Part shown: positions 27,245-34,086 of the stretch, piece after piece
Position numbering within the stretch: position 1 is the stretch's first letter
Layout of the letters: every line of letters begins with the position of its first letter
NCBI GenBank assembly: GCA_029240695.1
Contig: JARDZU010000002.1
Location: 1 to 38,200 of the forward strand
Reading direction: 5' to 3'
Source of the DNA: Acidimicrobiia bacterium
GTDB taxonomy: Bacteria > Actinomycetota > Acidimicrobiia > Spongiisociales > ZC4RG35
Length of the DNA: 38,200 nt
Made by a program: the position numbers and the translations under genes
Notes under the pieces: generated by a model
Told to the model about the DNA's origin: nothing
Database searches by the model: none
What the model saw: the letters and a program-made list of their open reading frames with translations, nothing else

Positions 27245-27268
27245 CCGGCGTAAACTCGCCCGGCTTCA

Positions 27269-27355
27269 GTCGGAGTGGCGGAATTGGTAGACGCGCCAGG
27301 TTGAGGGCCTGGTGGGGTATTACTCCCCGTGGAGGTTCGAGTCCTCTCTCCGACA
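27269..27355 (+). tRNA. tRNA-Leu (anticodon GAG), class II with long variable arm
   Basis: Hand-folded cloverleaf. Acceptor GTCGGAG/CTCCGAC; 3-bp D-stem with GG loop; anticodon stem CCAGG/CCTGG with loop TTGAGGG; variable arm GGGG-tattact-CCCC; T-arm GGAGG-TTCGAGT-CCTCT; discriminator A. CCA is not encoded. Confidence 0.92.
27298..27355 (+). repeat. attL-like copy of the 58-nt direct repeat (3' part of tRNA-Leu)
   Basis: aggttgagggcctggtggggtaTtactccccgtGgaggttcgagtcctctcTccgaca matches 29586-29643 at 55/58 positions. Confidence 0.85.
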
Positions 27356-27461
27356 CGTAGAAATTCGAAGTAGTTCTCGCGACTGACTATCACTTCCGCC
27401 CGAACCAAGAAAAGCAGGGCCGACGCAGCGACAATCAAGGCGGCCGCTCCGGTTAGAAGCG

Positions 27462-28035
27462 TCAACACGTCCTTTGAGTGCTGTGTATCGAACCAGCGAA
27501 TGACTTGCAGCATCGATACAGGGCCGCCACTAGCTCAGCCGCTTCCCTGTCCATTCCATCGATGAAGTGTGAGTACCTGTCCATGGTGAGCGCGATGGAA
27601 CTATGGCCGGGCCGCTCCTGCACCATCTTGGGATGCACACCACTCGATAGGGCAAGGGTCGCCCAGGTGTGTCGGGCGGCAGCATGAGGTGTGAGCGCCG
27701 GCACACCGGCCTCGGTTGCAAAGCGCTTTGTGGCCCGGGTAAACCAGTCGGGCGATACCAGATCCCCTAGCTCGTCGGAGAAGACAAGACCCTGGTCGTT
27801 GTACGCCGACCCTGCCGCCCATCCTCTCGAAAGTTCTGGCCCGCCTTGTGAGCTCGCAGCACCGCAACGCTTCACGGATCCGGGAGAACCTGTCGACGCT
27901 GCAAGCCGAGCTGTCCACGTCCGGAACATCCAGGGCGCTCGACGGATCGCGGCCGCCTGATGGCCGAGACGAAGAAACCGGCGCAAAGCCGGGAGTCGAA
28001 GCTGCGGGCTGCGAGCAAAGCGGTCGGGCTCACAC
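27462..28035 (-). pseudogene. Tyrosine recombinase/phage integrase, N-terminally truncated and frameshifted
   Basis: Track ORF 27462..27986 ends with the catalytic region ...GLVFSDELG...TPHAARHTWATLALSSGVHPKMVQERPGHSSIALTMDRYSH (HxxR ... H ... Y). The upstream box-I-like part (GGRDPSSALDVPDVD...ALRCCELTRRARTFER) is in a different minus frame (ORF 27601..27918), implying an indel near 27815-27825. An in-frame TGA lies at about 28037. No N-terminal SAM-like domain is present. Confidence 0.75.
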
Positions 28036-28203
28036 CTCGAGAAGCAGGGCGCGGGCTGGCAGCTGGTCGATGCGGAGTCCGGGACTCAGGTGGCCGCCGA
28101 CTGGAGCGAGGACGCCGATGGGCTCACCCTCGACCAGATCGAGACAGCGTTGAAAGGCTGAAGGTTGGGCCGGGTCCGACAAAAGGAATCCCCGAGCGGC
28201 TGC

Positions 28204-28536
28204 TCAGACTTGGTTGGGTAACTCTGCCGGGGGTGGACCTGCGATGAGCGTCCGAAAGATCACCCTTGTCAGCAGCACGGGCATAACCAGGGTCCACATG
28301 GAAGGGAGCAGGCCGAAGGCGCACCCAGCAACAACTAGTGCTTTGGAAAGGAGGCGATTCTCGGTCGGTACGAACCCGCCGACGAGGATCAGTGTTGCTC
28401 CACCCCACAGAGTGGGCAGCCAGAACCAAAGCGGCTCCGGCTCATCGAGACGGCCGATCACTTCGGCAATTCCGAGGATGATCAGGCCGGCGGCGGCCAT
28501 GACCACAAGGACGCGGTCTATTCGACGATCAAACAC
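28204..28536 (-). CDS. Small membrane protein (110 aa, 3-4 TM), unknown function
   Basis: GTG at 28534-28536 with AGGAGG 5 nt upstream. Hydrophobic segments VLVVMAAAGLIILGIAEVIG, LWFWLPTLWGGATLILVGGFV, ALVVAGCAFGLLPSMWTLVMPVLL. Confidence 0.6.
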   Translation of the reverse strand: MFDRRIDRVLVVMAAAGLIILGIAEVIGRLDEPEPLWFWLPTLWGGATLILVGGFVPTENRLLSKALVVAGCAFGLLPSMWTLVMPVLLTRVIFRTLIAGPPPAELPNQV

Positions 28537-28995
28537 GAGGGCCTCCTGACGCCTTTGACGAGAACCCCCAATGGCTGGCGTCTCTGCAGTGATTCGACGA
28601 GTCTTCGGGGGGTTCTCAATTGACAGTGAACGAGTGGCAACGAGTCCCTGTCACACCCTCAACGTAATCTCCGAGCATCGTGTCATGCGTGCCGATCACA
28701 CGCGAGATGGCCTGCCTTGCTCGACGCGCTCCGTGGCTATCCCGCATCGACCGAAGTTCAAGAACAGCTCCGAGCCATGCCCGAATGGGAGCAGGCTCGA
28801 ACCTGTGGGTGGATCATGCCCACGGGGGCGTTTACGGGCACGGGTTCACGACATTCGGGCCCGATCTCGAAAGGGTTCCTCCACGACTTATGTTGCCCTC
28901 GTATCCCTAGGCTCCGATTCGGCGATTACGTACATGCATACGCGAGAAGCGCCTCCGGCCGGTTATCGGCCAGAGGCGCACGGGTGATTTATCTC

Positions 28996-29035
28996 GCCTT
29001 CCCATCTGGGAGTCTGGGAAGGCTTTCAATTTTCG
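28996..29035 (+). terminator. Intrinsic terminator-like hairpin plus T-tract, plus-strand orientation
   Basis: GCCTTCCCA-tctgggagtc-TGGGAAGGC (perfect 9 bp) followed by TTTCAATTTTCG. The reverse orientation has no T-tract. Confidence 0.55.
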
Positions 29036-29585
29036 CCGATTGCCGGGCCAGGTCAAGTGCTCATGGGAGTCCGGCTACCACGCTGGTCCGACCAGCAAGG
29101 GGATCGTTCACGACTGAGGGGCCAAGAGTGGCTCCCCTTCCACCCACCCCGGAAGATTCCCCGGGTCCGGCGATACCTCATGAACGTACTCCTAAAACGT
29201 TGCCGGCTGACAAGATCGCGAAAGAATCGGGGCTATTCAGGTTGCCGGCGGCGAGGATGCCGGCCAGGTCGAGGCGCTGATCGGGTCCGGGGCGGCGTCG
29301 TTCCAAGATGTCGATGCGGCGACGAAGCGAGGCGATGAGCTCGGCCTGGGAGCGACTGCCTGTTCCAGGATCTCCACTTTCGTCTTCGACCGTTCGACCG
29401 GGCTGACCGGGGCCATCGGCATCGCCGGCTGAACGTACCAGCGGGACCGGGCGACAGAATTGCAACCAAACTGCAACCCAACCAGACGAAACGGTACGAA
29501 ACGGGCTGGGATACGAGTCGATGACATCCCCCGACAATCATTGATTATCCGGGACTGCTGGGTACACCTTGGGATGGCTCTCATT

Positions 29586-29643
29586 AGGTTGAGGGCCTGG
29601 TGGGGTACTACTCCCCGTTGAGGTTCGAGTCCTCTCGCCGACA
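29586..29643 (+). repeat. attR-like tRNA-Leu 3' remnant (second copy of the 58-nt repeat)
   Basis: Starts inside the anticodon stem and runs to the discriminator base. Three substitutions relative to the intact gene, two of them in stems. No 5' half is present, so it is not a functional tRNA. Confidence 0.85.
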
Positions 29644-29664
29644 GTGGACCACCAAAGGGGGCCC

Positions 29665-30090
29665 TTACGACTCGGAGGACTCGGCGGCGCGCTTGATTCC
29701 CTGAGCCTCCATAGTCATATATCGGTTGGTGAGGCCCCTGAAAAACAGGGCGACCGGGATCAGTGGGCCGTGCATATCCAGGCTGAGAGTCAGCCGCGCG
29801 CGGCCTTCCTCCAGCACCTCGACCCGATGACCTGCGACGCTGGTGATGCCGGTGGACTCCTGGCGCCACTCGAAGTAGGACGGCGCATCCCAGACAGTGA
29901 GGACCCATATGCCCTCTCCCAGCTTCGGTTGCTTGAGGCGTATGCGACTGCCGACCGCCAGAGGAAGGGGTGTGAGCACCTCGACCGCATCGACCGTTTC
30001 GATGCGGCTCGGCCACCCTGCGACGTCGCTCAGGACATCCCAAACGCGCTGTTGCTGCGCCTCGATCTCGATGGATTCCTCAAAGTGCAT
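29665..30090 (-). CDS. SRPBCC-superfamily protein (polyketide cyclase/dehydrase-like, START fold)
   Basis: 141 aa. The N-terminal pattern MHFEESIEIEAQQQRVWDVLSDVAGWPSR is typical of Polyketide_cyc2-type proteins. Confidence 0.75.
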   Translation of the reverse strand: MHFEESIEIEAQQQRVWDVLSDVAGWPSRIETVDAVEVLTPLPLAVGSRIRLKQPKLGEGIWVLTVWDAPSYFEWRQESTGITSVAGHRVEVLEEGRARLTLSLDMHGPLIPVALFFRGLTNRYMTMEAQGIKRAAESSES

Positions 30091-30263
30091 GTCGGACGAT
30101 CACCCCGGAAAGATTGCTCAACCAAGACCAGTTTGGGCAGGCTAGCCAACCGCGATCAGCCCTCTCAGCCTCGAACAAGTCGTGGCACGTGCTCCAGGTG
30201 ACAAGCTCAGCCACGCCTGACCCCGCTGCAAGCGTGGTCGTGGGATGGCGACTTAGAAAGGTT

Positions 30264-30743
30264 TCAGGGCACCTCGCCTGCTTCGGTGTCTGTCCCGTCG
30301 ATGCTGGCGAGAAAATGCCGGAGATGATCCCGCACCGTTTGCGCGGCAGACCCGGGGATGAATGTGAGGAAGAAAGGGGCCAGCAACCAGCCTCGGCCGC
30401 GCAGGTAACGAACGGCCCGGATTTCAACGCGGCTGCCGCCGTCCTCGGGGGTCGCCCAGAGCTCCCACGTACTTCCCGGCTTGAACAGATTGGAGTCGAC
30501 GACACGTCCACGCAGGACGTCCGGCTCCGACCAGTCGTAGTGCAGACGTTCCCAGACATATCCGATGGGCCACGGGTTGCCCTCGGTCACTTCCGCGTAG
30601 TCGTCGCCGACGTCGTGCACCTGTAGGTACTCGAGATGCACGTCCGGCCACATCTGGGCACGCCGATCGGAGAAGTCCCGGCCCGCCGCTAGAACGACCT
30701 CAGGGGCGAGATTGCTGTGTTCGCTGACCCGGACCTGCGGCAT
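30264..30743 (-). CDS. SRPBCC-like protein (second, divergent copy)
   Basis: Track ORF 30264..30995 trimmed to the ATG at 30741-30743. 159 aa: VRVSEHSNLAPEVVLAAGRDFSDRRAQMWPDV... The family assignment is tentative. Confidence 0.6.
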   Translation of the reverse strand: MPQVRVSEHSNLAPEVVLAAGRDFSDRRAQMWPDVHLEYLQVHDVGDDYAEVTEGNPWPIGYVWERLHYDWSEPDVLRGRVVDSNLFKPGSTWELWATPEDGGSRVEIRAVRYLRGRGWLLAPFFLTFIPGSAAQTVRDHLRHFLASIDGTDTEAGEVP

Positions 30744-31315
30744 GGCACTCGATCGTAGAAGGGGGCCGGCAGGTGTCTGACCACCGCCCTCGATCGAGCC
30801 AGACCGGCTCAGCTTGGAGGCAGCACCAACGTTGCACCCGGCTCGCACACCACCCGGGACATGATGTCCCGGCACCCATGGAGGCTGCTGGACAGAGTCA
30901 TCGATGCGAACAGGACCATGGCCAGGAACACAGCCAGCCCCAGGAACGCCGCTCTCCTCCCCATCGGTCTCCATTAGTAGTCGGTGACCCGCCATTACTG
31001 GTCATCCTGGCCGCGTCATTCCCGACCATCGGGGGCGGACTAGTCCGATTCGGTTACTTTTCCGGCCATCGCTGCCGATGAAAGCGGGTCGCCGCCTAGG
31101 GGAGCAGCGTGAGCAGCCGACTCGAAGATCCGCGGGATATGGCCCGGATGCTGGACGAAGGCAAGATCTCACAAGGCGAATACCACTTCGTGCGCGCACG
31201 CCGACTGCGCATGCGCCGAGCAAACTGCCGAATGGGACACCATGGCAAGTTGGCATCGCCGGTGGCGTCGAGACGATCAGGGTGCGTGCCGCTTCGAGCC
31301 CGTGGAATGAAACGG

Positions 31316-31861
31316 TCAGAGCTTCTGGATGCGGTCCCCGACCGCGATCATCCCGTCCTGTATCACGCGTGCGTAGATCCCTCGCAGCCGAAGTTCTTTG
31401 GCCGGTCCCACGTTGACGAATCGGAGCGCCGCCGAGCCGAATCGTGAGGCGAACTTCTTGCATCCCTCGTGCGGTGTGTCTGTTATCTCGAGAACGGCCG
31501 TGCCAGTCCGCAGCTTTTGACCGGGGACGAGGTTGGCTTGGCTCAAGTCCAGATCGGCGACGATGTTGTCTCCGGCAAGCGACCAGCGGTCCCGCCCCCC
31601 GGAGACCAGATCTAGGAGCCGGGAGTTGATGATCGCGATCTGGATGTCCGGCATCTCGCGATACTTGTCCTTCGACCAGTGGTCGCCATTGACCCCGAGT
31701 AGAGAGGTCACGTCGACACTCTCAGGCGTGAGTCGCTCGTTCTCGGCGGGGCGAACGATCAGCATCTCGACCAGGCCGTCGTCCTGCGGGCTGGAGAGCA
31801 CGCCGGACAGGCCGCGTTCGAGCTGCTCGGGCGTCAGATGGGTGACCGGTGTATCGCTCAT
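31316..31861 (-). CDS. MOSC domain protein (YiiM-like)
   Basis: Track ORF trimmed to the ATG at 31859-31861 (ATGA with the MFS stop). C-terminal ...LEITDTPHEGCKKFASRFG...LRGIYARVIQDGMIAVGDRI has the conserved MOSC cysteine context. Confidence 0.8.
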   Translation of the reverse strand: MSDTPVTHLTPEQLERGLSGVLSSPQDDGLVEMLIVRPAENERLTPESVDVTSLLGVNGDHWSKDKYREMPDIQIAIINSRLLDLVSGGRDRWSLAGDNIVADLDLSQANLVPGQKLRTGTAVLEITDTPHEGCKKFASRFGSAALRFVNVGPAKELRLRGIYARVIQDGMIAVGDRIQKL

Positions 31862-33138
31862 GCTGCCTCGGCCGGGGACTCCTCGCGCCGACTGTGCCGT
31901 CCTTCGAAATTCGGGCCGAATGTGTCCTTCCATACCACTGTGGTCATCAACCATATGGCGGTAGCAATCAGAAGGGCAGGAAATATCCGGGCTACGAGTG
32001 GGAGAGCGTCCTCCGAATCCCCCAACCAGCCACCGATCAGAGCGCCGAGAGGCAGCGTGGCCCATCCGATCGCTCTGCTCACCGTTGTGACTCTGCCCAA
32101 CATGTTGTCGTCGGCATAGTGCTGACGGATGGTGGCGAGCGGCACGTTGATGAGGGAAACACCGATCATCCATCCCACATTGAGGGCTAGGGGAACAAGC
32201 CCGTATGTGGTGAACATCACCGCGAACAGCAGCAGACCGGTCAGGATCATGCCGAACGTCATCGTCCGGCCCAGACCAGTCGTTCTGATGATCTGCGGGG
32301 CGATCAAGGCGCCGATGATGCCGCCGACTCCCATCGCCGCAACCAGGATGCCGACTTGGGCGGTGTTGGCCGCACCCAAAATCACAGAGAACAAGAGAAC
32401 CACCGTGGCCTCGATGAATCCCATGACGAAGTTGGGGACAGCAGCGGCGATCGTGGTGACCCGAAGCCGGGGCTCTTTCCAGATGTAGCGCAGGCCGTCC
32501 ATCGCCTCGGTGAGGAACGGAGAGCGGGTGTCATCAGGGCTGCGATGATGCGCCACCCTTCCCACCCCGGCCAGGAAAACAGCCGAGATCACGAAACTGA
32601 GGCCATTGATGTAGAGGCCCAGGGCGGGTCCGCCATAGAGGTAGGCAAACAGGCCACCGGCGAGAGCGCCCACGGCGAAATTGAACTGCTGGCTGGCGGC
32701 CACGAACGAGTTGGCGTCGGCGAGCCGGCGTCTCGGCACCAGCGAGGGGATAAGGGCGAACAGGGCACCGTCGAAGAACGTGGTGAAGGATCCGACCAGG
32801 AATGCGATGAAGAACACGGTTCCCACGCCATAGGAGCCGTATGAGGCGGCGAGGTAGAAGAAAGCCGACGCCCGTAAGAGATCGGTCGCGATCATCACCG
32901 GTCGCAGGTGCCAGCGGTCGATGAGCACGCCCACGATCAACCCGAGCAAGAGGGTCGGCACGGTTTCCAGCGCGTAGGTAACGGCGAATTCCATCGTCGA
33001 ATCGGTCCCACTTATGTCGAGAACCAGGAAGGGAAGGGTCACCCAGGCGACATAGGTCCCGAAATGGCTGACCGCCTGGCCGACCCACAGGGCCATGTAT
33101 CTCGGCCCGAGGGAGGTCAGCGACCGAAAGAAGTTCAC
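31858..33138 (-). CDS. MFS transporter (MFS_3 / EntS-like 'transmembrane secretion effector' type)
   Basis: 426 aa, about 12 TM. N-terminal FRSLTSLGPRYMALWVGQAVSHFGTYVAWVTLPFLV...GVLIDRW pattern. Confidence 0.88.
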   Translation of the reverse strand: MNFFRSLTSLGPRYMALWVGQAVSHFGTYVAWVTLPFLVLDISGTDSTMEFAVTYALETVPTLLLGLIVGVLIDRWHLRPVMIATDLLRASAFFYLAASYGSYGVGTVFFIAFLVGSFTTFFDGALFALIPSLVPRRRLADANSFVAASQQFNFAVGALAGGLFAYLYGGPALGLYINGLSFVISAVFLAGVGRVAHHRSPDDTRSPFLTEAMDGLRYIWKEPRLRVTTIAAAVPNFVMGFIEATVVLLFSVILGAANTAQVGILVAAMGVGGIIGALIAPQIIRTTGLGRTMTFGMILTGLLLFAVMFTTYGLVPLALNVGWMIGVSLINVPLATIRQHYADDNMLGRVTTVSRAIGWATLPLGALIGGWLGDSEDALPLVARIFPALLIATAIWLMTTVVWKDTFGPNFEGRHSRREESPAEAA

Positions 33139-33197
33139 TGGCCTTGCACGATACCGGCCTCTTCGGGTGTGTCCATCCCTTGTTAGCCTTGCTCACC

Positions 33198-33503
33198 ATG
33201 GCTGACCCACGTGAGATCCCGCAGCTCACCAACGAGTTGATCGACATGTCTCGGGAGTACCTCCTGCAGGAGACTCTCGAGCCGGCGAAGAGGCTGGGAA
33301 GGCATGCAGGAATGGGTCTTGGCGGCGCCATGGCTCTGGCTCTAGGCGCATTCTTCCTGGTACTCGGCCTCTACAACGGGCTGAAGATGTGGCTCCCCTC
33401 GGGAGCTTGGTGGGTGGTTCTGGCGAAATTCTTGACCGCGCTGGTCGCGGCAGGTGGTGCTGGACTGGTGGCTTGGAGGTTGCAAGAACGTGACGATTAC
33501 TAG
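33198..33503 (+). CDS. Actinobacterial holin-X-like small membrane protein (Phage_holin_3_6-like)
   Basis: 101 aa: an amphipathic N-terminus (LTNELIDMSREYLLQETLEPAKRLG), then two TM helices. Start at the ATG at 33198 is preferred over the TTG at 33144, which would sit 5 nt from the divergent MFS start. Confidence 0.6.
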   Translation: MADPREIPQLTNELIDMSREYLLQETLEPAKRLGRHAGMGLGGAMALALGAFFLVLGLYNGLKMWLPSGAWWVVLAKFLTALVAAGGAGLVAWRLQERDDY

Positions 33504-33684
33504 ACAGGACATCGAGGCCAAGGCCAATGAGATCGCATCGGCGGTCAACCAGACCACGGAGTCGGCTCGTGACACGGCCGTGGCCGCGGGAGTCGTGATC
33601 GCGCTGCTGGTCCTCGCCGCCTTCATCTTCGGGCGCCGCCGCGGATCGAGGAATCGAACGTTGGTCGAGGTCTACCGGGTCTGA
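33490..33684 (+). CDS. Small C-terminally anchored membrane protein (64 aa)
   Basis: GTG at 33490 with GGAGG 10 nt upstream; it overlaps the preceding stop by 14 nt. Helical N-terminus (RQDIEAKANEIASAVNQTTESARDT) plus one TM (AVAAGVVIALLVLAAFIF) plus a basic tail. Confidence 0.5.
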   Translation: MTITRQDIEAKANEIASAVNQTTESARDTAVAAGVVIALLVLAAFIFGRRRGSRNRTLVEVYRV

Positions 33685-33944
33685 GGCGGATTGGGCGGCT
33701 TGACCACCTGTATCTTGGGGTCGCCGCTCCGCCGATGGTGGATGACGAGGGCTGACCCCTCTGGCAGCTTCTTGCTGAAGATGAGCCGCCGCCGGGGTCT
33801 GGTGGCCCTCAGATATGCGAGGGCAGCAAGACTGAGCCCGCTATAGAGCTCCCGCTGATCACCGGTCCGGAGCCCGCGCAGCGTGCGGTCGATGCTCGCG
33901 GAGCGGATGTCCCTTATGCCAATGAGACGTAACAGCCAATCCAT
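33672..33944 (-). CDS. Hypothetical protein (90 aa)
   Basis: Track ORF 33672..33968 trimmed to the ATG at 33942-33944. Basic protein, no family recognised. Its 3' end overlaps the convergent small gene by 13 nt. Confidence 0.4.
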   Translation of the reverse strand: MDWLLRLIGIRDIRSASIDRTLRGLRTGDQRELYSGLSLAALAYLRATRPRRRLIFSKKLPEGSALVIHHRRSGDPKIQVVKPPNPPQTR

Positions 33945-34086
33945 GTGTCTACCGTTGCGGCCAATCAATCGAGAGTCAATCGAGTTCCAACCGCATGCAG
34001 AATAAGCTATTCGTCAAGGTCGTAATTTGGATAGTGGTCGTCTCCATGACCATCGGACTGGGCTTCACGGTGTTCGCACTGATGAC

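Larger units (their letters stand above)
27298..29643. mobile_element. Decayed tRNA-Leu-integrated element (integrase remnant plus little intact cargo)
   Basis: Bounded by the 58-nt direct repeat. A tyrosine-integrase remnant sits next to the intact tRNA. The interior is visibly less GC-rich and less coding-like than the flanks. Confidence 0.65.

Noticed and set aside
26797-27513. 238-aa minus-strand ORF spanning the gpmA 3' end, secG, the tRNA-Leu gene and the integrase 3' end.
   Set aside because: It runs antisense straight through a tRNA gene and secG, and its composition is implausible.
28571-28987. 138-aa plus-strand ORF that stops 9 nt before the terminator hairpin. This was tempting as the coding cargo of that transcript.
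   Set aside because: Roughly 40% of its codons end in A/T, unlike every confident gene here, and the product is Arg/Ser/Pro-rich with no motif. I treat the region as non-coding or decayed and report it as a finding instead.
29237-30043. 268-aa minus-strand ORF, plus the overlapping 29178-29537 and 29233-29541 ORFs.
   Set aside because: The long ORF reads through the tRNA remnant and antisense or out of frame over the SRPBCC gene. Only a short coiled-coil-like stretch (AELIASLRRRIDILE) in 29178-29537 looks protein-like, which is insufficient to call a gene. It may be wreckage of an island gene.
31109-31447. Plus-strand ORF whose first ~33 residues (SSRLEDPRDMARMLDEGKISQGEYHFVRARRL) resemble a SHOCT domain. 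The same frame upstream (30773-31081) has a hydrophobic stretch (LLVILAASFPTIGGGLV), separated from it by two in-frame stops.
   Set aside because: SHOCT domains are normally C-terminal, but this ORF continues for about 80 implausible residues antisense into the MOSC gene. The putative N-terminal part is cut off by TGA (31079) and TAG (31097). At best this is a pseudogene remnant in the 30744-31315 gap, and I cannot support a feature call.
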